A DNA stretch of 64,000 nt, taken from positions 6,708 to 70,707 of the IMG/VR virus record IMGVR_UViG_3300009776_000003, one strand, 5' to 3'. This document shows positions 1-7,608 of this stretch, one piece after another; the first letter of the stretch is position 1; each line of letters begins with the position of its first letter. The position numbers were made by a program, and so were the translations under genes. The notes beneath the pieces were generated by a model. The model worked only from the letters and a program-made list of their open reading frames with translations, searched no databases and was not told where the DNA came from. This DNA comes from a virus (taxonomy: Duplodnaviria; Caudoviricetes).

Positions 1-323
1 ATCTGGATGTTCTCTCGCTCGCTTCCTCCACCGTCTTGGAACTCTCTGATGTGTTGCGCTTCGAGCGTTTGGCCTCTAGGCAGTTCGCCTTCGAGTCTTC
101 CGCAAAACTCGCAGTAGCCTCGACTGTACTTTTTCACTAGATCGCGATGTGCTTTTGGTCTCCTGTATTTTGTTGCTTCACTGTCAGGCTTTCCCATAAA
201 CCGGATGTAGTTTCCGCATGATCCGCAATCAACGCGAGCGTAATGTGGCTTGCAATCCAGTAGGGTTACGATGTGTGGTCCATAGTTTCCGCAGCACTTG
301 CAGTTCTCAAAATGGGATTCCAT
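1..323 (-). CDS. HNH endonuclease with N-terminal Zn-ribbon (partial, runs off the window)
   Basis: Not in the ORF track. Manual translation: MESHFENCKCCGNYG...DCGSCG...YCEFCGRLEGELPRGQTLEAQHIREFQDGGGSERENIQI, matching the HNH pattern CxxC...LExxH...GG...N. The start overlaps the stop of the rep gene. Confidence 0.7.
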   Translation of the reverse strand, partial: MESHFENCKCCGNYGPHIVTLLDCKPHYARVDCGSCGNYIRFMGKPDSEATKYRRPKAHRDLVKKYSRGYCEFCGRLEGELPRGQTLEAQHIREFQDGGGSERENIQ

Positions 324-1275
324 CTCCATCCTCGTCGTTTGAAACGACTAGGCGTCCTCTACCGTTGCCATCGCTTCCAAAGCGAGGTTGTTGTGGTAAC
401 TTGTACTCAGAGCGGACTTCGTCCTCAGTTGGGAAGAAATCCTTGGTTGGCGTCGGCTGCTTTCCAACCGGCCTTCTGTTCCACGCAGCCGGAGACTCCT
501 CCCACCTCCGCTGGTTAAGGAAGGTAGAGGCGTGGCAGGCGTACCCTCGGCGGACATCATCAGATTCCGCGTAGATTTTGACCGCCTCCATGATCTCGGC
601 CACCGATGCGGTCTTGATGGCCTTCAACCACGCGCTGAATGCGGTAGGCTTTTTGACGCGGCCATGTTCTGGATAGATTTTCCAGAAGGCTGTGAAGTCG
701 TCGGCATACTCCAAATTGGAGTATCTTCCTTTCCCCTTCACGCGCTCCTTTGGTTGGTTATGGTCTGGTTCAGGTCTGGTCTGGTAGGCAGAGTTTTCAT
801 GGAGGTTTTGTGGAGGTTCTGTGGAGGCATGATCCTCCTCTATCATACCAGACTTTCTGGGGGGAACTCCGTTCCAGAACGTAAGTCCAAGCCTTGTAAG
901 CTTTTCCCTCCACACATTGTCTGCGTGAATGTGGATGTTGTGGATGGCGAGGTATACGTCACCCTCCACTCGGTCTAGGAAACCAGCCTCGATTAGGGCT
1001 GGTATCATACCTAGTATGTTACCTGGTATCATGCTAGGTATGTTACTTGGTAGGATACCTGGTATCTTACCTAGGGCGATTTCGACCGGATGACCGTACC
1101 ATCCTACGCCCCTTTCTATTGCCTTGTCACCCCAACTTCCTACGTCCCCTTGTGGGGCGTACTTATACGCCCAGTGCAGAAGTGATTCAACAAGTCCGAC
1201 CGCACAGTAGACTGGCATGTCAAGGAGCGTCGCCAGTTTTAAGAACTTCGGATGGTCCATGGCGTCCCTCTTCAT
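307..1275 (-). CDS. Phage replication initiator (replisome organiser)
   Basis: N-terminus MDHPKFLKLA..L...VGLVESLLHW, a QTRPEP linker and a C-terminal FTAFWKIYP...KK..AF.AW...HASTFLNQRRWE domain are typical of phage initiators. AAGGA RBS before the ATG at 1275. Lies in the replication module. Confidence 0.8.
   Translation of the reverse strand: MKRDAMDHPKFLKLATLLDMPVYCAVGLVESLLHWAYKYAPQGDVGSWGDKAIERGVGWYGHPVEIALGKIPGILPSNIPSMIPGNILGMIPALIEAGFLDRVEGDVYLAIHNIHIHADNVWREKLTRLGLTFWNGVPPRKSGMIEEDHASTEPPQNLHENSAYQTRPEPDHNQPKERVKGKGRYSNLEYADDFTAFWKIYPEHGRVKKPTAFSAWLKAIKTASVAEIMEAVKIYAESDDVRRGYACHASTFLNQRRWEESPAAWNRRPVGKQPTPTKDFFPTEDEVRSEYKLPQQPRFGSDGNGRGRLVVSNDEDGDGIPF
1001..1072. repeat. Six tandem 12-bp units GGTAT(C/G)(A/T)TACCT inside the initiator gene; probable ori iterons
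   Basis: ggtatcatacct/agtatgttacct/ggtatcatgcta/ggtatgttactt/ggtaggatacct/ggtatcttacct; the consensus unit is a GGTA-N4-TACC dyad. Confidence 0.75.
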
Positions 1276-1344
1276 GGGATAATTCCTTAGATTGGGTATG
1301 CACACCACCACGCATCCGTTCGCAGTGGTGTGCTGTAGTGGCGC

Positions 1345-1929
1345 TCAGAACGGAACTCCACCGTCGTCAACCGTCTCCGACTGGTTGTACGAGAACACCT
1401 CCTGTGTCGGTCCTACCGGCGGCGCAGGCACTCCAGACGGCTTCTGGCCGTTCCTCTTGATATTTCCTGCGATGGCACGCAGTTGGGCACCATAGGCCAC
1501 TGAGAGGGCTTTAGCGCGGTCTGGATCGATGTCAAGAGTATGGCGTGGGCTGTCGTCGTATCCACTGATCCAGTTGATCTTGAAGAAGACCTTGCCATCG
1601 CGCTGGTCGGCCTTTACGTCGAACTGGATCGGCGTGGGCTGCCAAGTCTTGGAGGCCAAGTCGTCGAAGCTTCCAGACCAACCAGCGTGTCGGATGAGTC
1701 GTTCGATGGCTTCGGTGTTGAGCGAGCCATCCTTCTTAATCACCCACACATCGCCGCTGGTGACGACATCGTACTCGCTCCAGTCATGCCAGTTGTCCTC
1801 GGCGAAGATCTCGTCAACGCGGCAGAGGAGCTTGATGGAGACAGCGCGGCTTGGAGCCGTCGCTTCAAACATGCCGTAATCAACGATACGGCCACGAAAC
1901 TTACCTTCTCGGTCAACAAAGTTCGGCAT
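1345..1929 (-). CDS. Phage single-stranded DNA-binding protein (DUF669-like)
   Basis: Follows the Sak4-like gene. Begins GKFRGRIVDYG and ends in an acidic DDGGVPF tail. GAAAGGA RBS. Confidence 0.7.
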   Translation of the reverse strand: MPNFVDREGKFRGRIVDYGMFEATAPSRAVSIKLLCRVDEIFAEDNWHDWSEYDVVTSGDVWVIKKDGSLNTEAIERLIRHAGWSGSFDDLASKTWQPTPIQFDVKADQRDGKVFFKINWISGYDDSPRHTLDIDPDRAKALSVAYGAQLRAIAGNIKRNGQKPSGVPAPPVGPTQEVFSYNQSETVDDGGVPF

Positions 1930-1934
1930 TGTGG

Positions 1935-2759
1935 TCACTGTCCTTTCGCAAAGAGTTGATCCCACAGCGCGGCACTTCCACGCTCGTAGGGAATTGGGTC
2001 AGAGAGCTTACGCGACTTGGCCCACCAGCTTGGCATCTCGGTGGGGTAGATGGTCCTGGTTCCGCCACCCTTGGCCTTGCCATCTTCGACGTACTGATCG
2101 AATGCGACGAACAGCAGGTGATCCACCCATTCCTTGACGCGGTGGCGCACTGAGTTTTTGCCAGACGGTGGAGACTGGAGGCGAGGCTCGTACCTGATCC
2201 AGTCGTCGCCTGCTGGATTGGGGACGGTGGTGACGCAGTCATGGCAAACGCAGACGACGTTCTTTCCGCTGCGAATCACCGCATCGAGATCTTGGAGCAG
2301 TTCGAGGAACGACTTGTAGACATGGGTCATTCCCTTTCCGAAGCCGAAGTCCTCGATGTTGGAGACCTTATGCCCCTTTTCATGGGGCACATTCTCGACC
2401 ACCCACTGGATCGCCATATCTTCGGCTCTGGTCAGAGAGTCGATGACGACGGCGGTGAACTGTTCCAGCAGCGTCCGGTCTTGGAGCACCGCTCGCAGCT
2501 CGCCCCAAGTGGTCGGCTGCACTCTGGAGACGTTGAGGAACTTGCTGCCATCTTCGAGGTCGATGATCAAAGCGCCGGTCAGCAGTGACGCCAGTTCGGT
2601 CTTGCCGACACCGCCGGTTCCGTAGAGGAGGACGCGCTGGACGCCAGCGTTGATTCCCTTAGAAATCGTCAGCTTGTTCGTCTCCGCAGGCTGCTGTGCA
2701 GGCTTGCTGTTGGGTTTCATCGGTGGCGGCGCCATTGGACGCGGCGGCGAGATTGCCAT
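1935..2759 (-). CDS. Sak4-like AAA ATPase (AAA_24) single-strand annealing protein
   Basis: Walker A RVLLYGTGGVGKT, Walker B VVIDSLT and GFGKG motif; sits between the exonuclease and SSB genes. Confidence 0.85.
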   Translation of the reverse strand: MAISPPRPMAPPPMKPNSKPAQQPAETNKLTISKGINAGVQRVLLYGTGGVGKTELASLLTGALIIDLEDGSKFLNVSRVQPTTWGELRAVLQDRTLLEQFTAVVIDSLTRAEDMAIQWVVENVPHEKGHKVSNIEDFGFGKGMTHVYKSFLELLQDLDAVIRSGKNVVCVCHDCVTTVPNPAGDDWIRYEPRLQSPPSGKNSVRHRVKEWVDHLLFVAFDQYVEDGKAKGGGTRTIYPTEMPSWWAKSRKLSDPIPYERGSAALWDQLFAKGQ

Positions 2760-3807
2760 TGGATAACTCCGTATGGGCTGTTGGGGAAATGAAAAACCCT
2801 TCAGGAAGATCATCTTCCGTTGGGTCGAAGTTTCTGGAACAAAGGTCAAAGTAGGTGCAGAACGAGCAGGTGTCTTTTCCTACCGTCCTGTACCAGCGAT
2901 CATGGAGGTGGGCATCAGCCATCGTTCGCTGGATGTCCCACAATTCCTGCTCGAACTGCTGGAGATCGCCATCGAGCCGAGGGATCTCCTGACGCGCGAA
3001 GTAGTAGGTCGGTCTGGCGCCGATGTCATCTACCAGTTTCTGCGCCCACTCTTCATCCTTCATGGTGCGGTTGAGCACCCTCCATCCCTTCGCCGGATCA
3101 CCGACCTGACGAGGCTTTCCAGCGGCTGTGTAGACTCGCTCACCATGCTCGTCTACGACGATCTTGAGTCCATCGTCATCGAGGATGGGGATGGGCGTGG
3201 CTGAGATGGTTGGCTTGCGGCAAACATCGTAGATTACGGTGTCTACTGGATAGCCGAGCTCGCGAGCCGCTAGGATGTAAAGGCTGACTTGTGGGTCCAT
3301 CCGCAGTCGCTTCCAGAGCGTGGAGTCGCTGTCGAGAGACTCGCCAAGCAGCTTGTGCTCCATGATGGCTAAGCGGCCATCTGGCAACTGGACGATGCCG
3401 TCAATCTTGCCAGCCAACATCCAGTTCACAGTTGGTCGGCCAGTCGCTGGATTACGCAGCGGCAAGCAGAACTCCTGCTCAGCCTTCAGATACTGGATGC
3501 CATCTGCTGCCCAGTACCAAGCGTAGCCGCTCAGTAGCGATGCCAGCGTGTAGGCTTCCTGTCGCCACTCTTGAAGCTCCATGGTGTCTGGAGTGGCGAG
3601 TGGGTTGTAGAGATCCCAGATAATCTTGGTGGCGCCCTCTTGGTCTTGGAAGACGGCCAGATGTTCCAGCGCCTCATGCCAGTTCGAGCCAAGTCTCAGT
3701 GCTTTGGCATCGACCGTCTTGCGAAGTCGCTGGTGGTAGCTGTACCAGTATCGCTTCCTGCAAGACTGGAACGCCAATTTAGACGAGTGTGTGAGAAGGC
3801 TAATCAC
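2659..3807 (-). CDS. PD-(D/E)XK exonuclease (RecB/AddB/Cas4-like, Fe-S type)
   Basis: SCRKRYWY, LAGKIDGIV...IMEHKL, QVSLY and terminal CSFCTYFDLC cysteines. GTG start after GGAGGAGG. Confidence 0.85.
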   Translation of the reverse strand: MISLLTHSSKLAFQSCRKRYWYSYHQRLRKTVDAKALRLGSNWHEALEHLAVFQDQEGATKIIWDLYNPLATPDTMELQEWRQEAYTLASLLSGYAWYWAADGIQYLKAEQEFCLPLRNPATGRPTVNWMLAGKIDGIVQLPDGRLAIMEHKLLGESLDSDSTLWKRLRMDPQVSLYILAARELGYPVDTVIYDVCRKPTISATPIPILDDDGLKIVVDEHGERVYTAAGKPRQVGDPAKGWRVLNRTMKDEEWAQKLVDDIGARPTYYFARQEIPRLDGDLQQFEQELWDIQRTMADAHLHDRWYRTVGKDTCSFCTYFDLCSRNFDPTEDDLPEGFFISPTAHTELSNGNLAAASNGAATDETQQQACTAACGDEQADDF

Positions 3808-3970
3808 TGCCGACCTCCTCCGTAAGCTCGCGTCGAACAATCGGCACATCGCCGTTTGCTCGGACTCCGATCCGCACCCTATCGTGATGGATGGCAAGGA
3901 CAACAATTTCGATGTCCCTGTCGTCGCCGATCAGGATGCTTTCCTTCAGTCTTCGAGTTAAAACCAACAT
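3800..3970 (-). CDS. csrA: Carbon storage regulator CsrA homologue (56 aa, missed by the ORF track)
   Basis: Manual translation MLVLTRRLKESILIGDDRDIEIVVLAIHHDRVRIGVRANGDVPIVRRELTEEVGSD closely follows the CsrA consensus. Confidence 0.9.
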   Translation of the reverse strand: MLVLTRRLKESILIGDDRDIEIVVLAIHHDRVRIGVRANGDVPIVRRELTEEVGSD

Positions 3971-4008
3971 AGAAGTCCCTTCTAGCGCATACCGCTAGAA
4001 GAAAACTG

Positions 4009-4191
4009 CTAGTCGGTAGCGCTGTCGGCTGTTCTTCGGATCGTTATTTCTTTGGGCGCATCGATCCTGATTTGCGCTCGTCCGCTGCGGACGGTTGTGA
4101 AAGAGATGACGACCTCGCGGTCGCCGCTAGGCTGGGGCGGTATTCGGAGGACGACTACGTCGCCTTCGCGCCTTGAGATAATGAGCCCCAT
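4009..4191 (-). CDS. csrA: Second, divergent CsrA-like protein
   Basis: MGLIISRREGDVVVLRI...AQIRIDAPKEITIRR retains LxxxRRxGD and APKExxIxR. Confidence 0.75.
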   Translation of the reverse strand: MGLIISRREGDVVVLRIPPQPSGDREVVISFTTVRSGRAQIRIDAPKEITIRRTADSATD

Positions 4192-4584
4192 GTTTCACCT
4201 GCTTGCTGGGCGGATGTCTCCTTGTGTGCTGGTCGGTTTCCCTTCGGCATCTCCCAGATGGCCGATCAGTAGTAATGCGGCTATCCCATAGCCGGAACGT
4301 CTTGCTCTAACAACGCACTCGGTGCGCTAGTGCTCAAAGGGCCAGCAACGTCATGCTGCTGGCGAGGCGTCACTGCCTTAACGAACCGAACCTCACTGCT
4401 CGGCGAACTTTGAAGTTGGGAGGTGCAGCGCTTTTGCGCCATCTCTGCAACCACATGCAGGATGCCGCTCAGACTCGTTCGCTCGCACTGCTTGAAGACG
4501 CGAACCACGCTCGGCTGCTTGAAGCGAGAGTCAAAAGCAGCGTTCTGGACGATGTCTGCGCCAGCGGGAGTCATGATCACGTTC

Positions 4585-4728
4585 CTAATAAGCCATAAAT
4601 TCCAAGATGAGAATGTATCCAAAGTACGCGGTAGCCAGCACCGCGAGGGTACGGAGCACCACGAAGATGGTCCTCATTGGAGAGTCTCCAGAAGCGGAGG
4701 AAGAGGTAACAGCGTTCTTGCCGTTCAT
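4585..4728 (-). CDS. Small putative membrane protein
   Basis: First ORF after the leftward promoter; hydrophobic stretch IFVVLRTLAVLATAYFGYILILEFMAY. Confidence 0.35.
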   Translation of the reverse strand: MNGKNAVTSSSASGDSPMRTIFVVLRTLAVLATAYFGYILILEFMAY

Positions 4729-4796
4729 GATCGCCTCACTGCGTATCCTCTGAGGTCGATTGACATCCATCAATCGCGAGCCTCAGTGTGGACGAT

Positions 4797-4824
4797 ATTC
4801 TAGCAGATCGTCAGTGGTTGTCAA
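4797..4824 (-). promoter_or_regulatory. Leftward sigma70-like promoter
   Basis: TTGACA-16 bp-TAGAAT on the minus strand, upstream of the csrA/replication operon. Confidence 0.65.
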
Positions 4825-4887
4825 CAGGCATTAACAAATATTTTTCTTCGCTCCGCAAGCCATTAGCGTATCTTTACTTAGGATGCC

Positions 4888-4916
4888 TTGACTTCAGCCG
4901 ATGTAAGTCCTAATGT
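4888..4916 (+). promoter_or_regulatory. Rightward sigma70-like promoter
   Basis: TTGACT-17 bp-TAATGT upstream of ORF 4938 and the integrase. Confidence 0.6.
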
Positions 4917-4937
4917 TATGACGCGGAGGGAAGCATT

Positions 4938-5270
4938 ATGAGAAACAAAGAGTTCGTGCCCCAGAGTCCAGAGACTCTGGAGGTCGTACTGTCTCGCATC
5001 GAGTACTACAGCGGAGTGATCGAGAATTGCGTGAAGGCGATGAGGGATCGCAAGATTGAGTTGATCGAAGTCAGCCACTTCAAGTCGGTAGGCCGAATGA
5101 TGATGGAGTTCAAGCGTTTCACCTCCTCAGTTCAGGAAGCGCTAGACAAGGAGTTGGAGCGCATTGGAATGTTCGGAGGCGGCGGTAACGATCCTGGTAA
5201 CGAGTCGGTCGAAAAACCGGCCATCAATGGCACCAAGTTGGTACAGCGCAAGAAGCGTAAGTTGAGCTAA
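4938..5270 (+). CDS. Hypothetical protein (helical, basic C-terminus)
   Basis: GGAGGGA RBS and coding-like sequence; no family recognised. Confidence 0.6.
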   Translation: MRNKEFVPQSPETLEVVLSRIEYYSGVIENCVKAMRDRKIELIEVSHFKSVGRMMMEFKRFTSSVQEALDKELERIGMFGGGGNDPGNESVEKPAINGTKLVQRKKRKLS

Positions 5271-5298
5271 GTCAACAGTTTACGGAATGAATGTTTCC

Positions 5299-5341
5299 TT
5301 TGCACGCAGGAGGTTGCCAGTTCGATCCTGGTCGGCTCCAC
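5299..5341 (+). other. attP core: 3' half of tRNA-Ala(TGC)
   Basis: TTTGCAC anticodon loop, GCAGG, GAGGT, T-arm GCCAG-TTCGATC-CTGGT and acceptor GGCTCCA. The 5' half is absent. Directly upstream of the integrase, with phage genes on both sides. Confidence 0.85.
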
Positions 5342-5346
5342 TAAAC

Positions 5347-5371
5347 TAACTTCTTTCGGCGAAAGGACTTG
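5347..5371. promoter_or_regulatory. Putative integrase-binding palindrome TAACTTCTT-N7-AAGGACTTG next to attP
   Basis: Imperfect 9-bp inverted arms with a 7-bp spacer abutting the tRNA fragment; similar copies at 43.5-44.4 kb. Confidence 0.55.
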
Positions 5372-5428
5372 CGACACCGACCGGACCAATCGAACTGCCC
5401 CTCCGCAGAACGTGGTAACGATTGGTAT

Positions 5429-6523
5429 ATGGTACTTTCGTACAGGCGTCGGCCAGATCGCAACACTGCCTTCTGCGAGTATCGCGGAGAGCGAATCCAC
5501 TTTCGCGGCAAGTACGGCTCGGCTGAATCGCTGGCCACTTACGAGCGATTCTGCCAAGCGGTAGCCGATGGCGACGCGGCAACTATACGGCGAATCTCGC
5601 TTTCCAAGACCGCGAAGCCGATGACGGTCGGTAGGCTCATCGACCGCTATCTGGAGTATGCTAAAGGCTACTACAGCTATGGAGAATACCACAACGTCCT
5701 GGCGGCTACGGCGCCGCTCAAAAGGCTCTGCGGTAACGACGCGGTAACGGATTTCGGTCCCATCAGGCTCAAGCATGTCCGCGAGGCTGGAGTCACCGGA
5801 TCGTGGCTCAAGCGGCCAGAGGATGCCGGTCGCCGTCCATGGTCCAGAACCACTGCGAACAAGTACGCCAAGATCCTGATCCGCATGTTCCGTTGGGGAG
5901 CCGAGGAGGAGCTGTTTCCCGCTAGCGTCGCCGCCGCCTTGGAGGTGGTCCGCAGCCTGCGGAAAGGTAAAACAGTTGGCGCAGAGGGGCAGAAAGTGTC
6001 CCCTATCGCTCAGAGCGTCGTAGACGCCACGCTGCCGTCCATGTCGCCGCAGGTGGCTGATATGGTCCAGATCCAGCTTCTGGCCGCCATGAGGCCACAA
6101 GGCGTTTATATGATGCGTCCATGCGACATCGACCGCAGTGGGGTGGTCTGGCTCTATGTGCCGGTCCAGCACAAGCAGAGCCATCTTGATATGGTCAAGA
6201 TCATCTGCCTCGGACCCAAGTGCCAGCAGATTTTGCTACCATATCTGGATCGCAACCCAGAGCAGTGGTGCTTTATAGGTCAGAAAGGTAATCGATTTAA
6301 TCACAATTCCTACATGCTGGCGATTCATCGAGCTTGCAAGCGAGCAGGCATTCCGCGCTGGAGCCCAAACCGGCTGCGCCACAGCGCCGCGACGCAGGTG
6401 GCAGCGAGGTACGATCTGGACTCAGCGCGTTGTCTGCTTGGTCATGGCAGCGTGACCACTACCATGATCTACGCGCAGCGAGACTTGGAGACGGCCTCCA
6501 AGATCGCTTTGGAGATTGGCTGA
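5429..6523 (+). CDS. int: Tyrosine recombinase / phage integrase
   Basis: Catalytic motifs MRPQG (R), NRLRH (xxR plus H) and LLGH...TTMIY (H, Y). N-terminal GKYGSAESLATYERF. Adjacent to attP. The ORF is open from 5369. Confidence 0.93.
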   Translation: MVLSYRRRPDRNTAFCEYRGERIHFRGKYGSAESLATYERFCQAVADGDAATIRRISLSKTAKPMTVGRLIDRYLEYAKGYYSYGEYHNVLAATAPLKRLCGNDAVTDFGPIRLKHVREAGVTGSWLKRPEDAGRRPWSRTTANKYAKILIRMFRWGAEEELFPASVAAALEVVRSLRKGKTVGAEGQKVSPIAQSVVDATLPSMSPQVADMVQIQLLAAMRPQGVYMMRPCDIDRSGVVWLYVPVQHKQSHLDMVKIICLGPKCQQILLPYLDRNPEQWCFIGQKGNRFNHNSYMLAIHRACKRAGIPRWSPNRLRHSAATQVAARYDLDSARCLLGHGSVTTTMIYAQRDLETASKIALEIG

Positions 6524-6669
6524 CGCACGATTGCGGCTTGCTCGCATTCGTCGCATGTGCGATGGCTGGAGTTAAGCCATCCGGCAGCCCTGTGCGGAGT
6601 CAGGTTCTTGGCCATAATCTCCGTCACTCTTCCATCGGTGATTAGGCACACGCAGTATCTAGCGCGCAT
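6469..6669 (-). CDS. Small protein convergent with, and overlapping the end of, int
   Basis: Strong AAAGGAG RBS and its own promoter; contains a CDEC motif. Confidence 0.55.
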   Translation of the reverse strand: MRARYCVCLITDGRVTEIMAKNLTPHRAAGWLNSSHRTCDECEQAAIVRQPISKAILEAVSKSRCA

Positions 6670-6729
6670 CTTACGCTCCTTTCCCCATTCAATGGGCCTC
6701 TTCGAGGTGGTGTGCGTGGAAGTTCGGTT

Positions 6730-6758
6730 AGCCTAATGTGAGTTGCGATTGATGTCAA
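6730..6758 (-). promoter_or_regulatory. Leftward promoter pointing into int
   Basis: TTGACA-17 bp-TAGGCT on the minus strand. Confidence 0.55.
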
Positions 6759-6865
6759 ATGTTTTTTGTGCGGATATGTGATGCAACATCATGCAACTCG
6801 TTTACAGATAACGAGATGCGAAAAACTACATCCGATTTTTGAGGCTTACTGGTAAACTGTTATGA

Positions 6866-7075
6866 ATGTCCGTTTACGAATGTGAGCTTTGCGAGACCGC
6901 CTTTCACCGGAAACTGACCAATGGACTCTGCGCTCGATGCCGCCGCCAAGTTACTCAAAGAAACTATGGAGGAGATTTCTCCGACCGACTCGCATATGGC
7001 TTTGAGCTACTTTCCGCAGCCGGAGACGACGAGGGTGAAGCGCAAGACGAAGCCGAAGCCAGAAGGTGTCCCTAA
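6866..7075 (+). CDS. Small Zn-finger protein
   Basis: CELC...CARC; extended -10 TGGTAAACT ends 8 nt before the ATG, so it may be leaderless. Confidence 0.6.
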   Translation: MSVYECELCETAFHRKLTNGLCARCRRQVTQRNYGGDFSDRLAYGFELLSAAGDDEGEAQDEAEARRCP

Positions 7076-7442
7076 GTACACTGGTGTTAGCTGGAGCCCT
7101 TACATCGGAAAGTGGACGGTCACGATAGGTCGCAAAGGTCGGAGCGTCAACTGCGGTTACTACGAGGACGCTGCCGAGGCCGCGATGATCTCGGACTGGC
7201 TGTCGTACCACATCCCTCGCGGCAACACCGGAAGGCCGACCAGATGGAACTTTCCCAACCGAATTGCCGAGCGAGAGTCGCCCACACCGCCTAGTGGACT
7301 CGCGCTGGAATACGCCATTTTGTATCTACGCAAGTTTGGAATTGTCTATGACCCCAATCCCCCAAGAGCCGCCAACGATCCCCCAACTGATCAGCAACAA
7401 GAATACGACCCAACACTGTTGCGATTCAATCCCTACTTCTGA
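7035..7442 (+). CDS. AP2-domain DNA-binding protein
   Basis: KYTGVSW...GKWTVTI...G.SVNCGYYEDAAEAA matches the AP2 pattern; GTG start chosen. Confidence 0.75.
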   Translation: MKRKTKPKPEGVPKYTGVSWSPYIGKWTVTIGRKGRSVNCGYYEDAAEAAMISDWLSYHIPRGNTGRPTRWNFPNRIAERESPTPPSGLALEYAILYLRKFGIVYDPNPPRAANDPPTDQQQEYDPTLLRFNPYF

Positions 7443-7608
7443 ACCGCGTCCAGTTGGTGATCGCATCATCATTCGCCTCGCTGGCGATAGCACATTCGAG
7501 AAGGGGATGTGCGAGATTCAGTTCATGAGCGATGGAGAGTTGCGCATTACGGCACTTCGATCCATGGAAATTCTCATGGTGGATGAAGTGCATAGGGCGA
7601 TCCAATGA
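7348..7608 (+). CDS. Hypothetical protein, possibly a very divergent CsrA fold
   Basis: RPVGDRIIIRL...EIQF...ELRITA.RSMEILM.DE loosely parallels the CsrA beta-strand pattern. Confidence 0.35.
   Translation: MTPIPQEPPTIPQLISNKNTTQHCCDSIPTSEPRPVGDRIIIRLAGDSTFEKGMCEIQFMSDGELRITALRSMEILMVDEVHRAIQ

Noticed and set aside
2659-3807. Cas4 / CRISPR-associated locus
   Set aside because: It sits with Sak4 and SSB in a recombination module; there are no other cas genes or repeat-spacer array.
5281-5345. Complete tRNA-Ala gene
   Set aside because: No D-arm or 5' acceptor strand, and the anticodon stem cannot form; it is an att core.
5267-6184. 305-aa minus-strand ORF
   Set aside because: Antisense shadow of the integrase; it includes the reverse-translated tRNA signature VEPTRIELATS.
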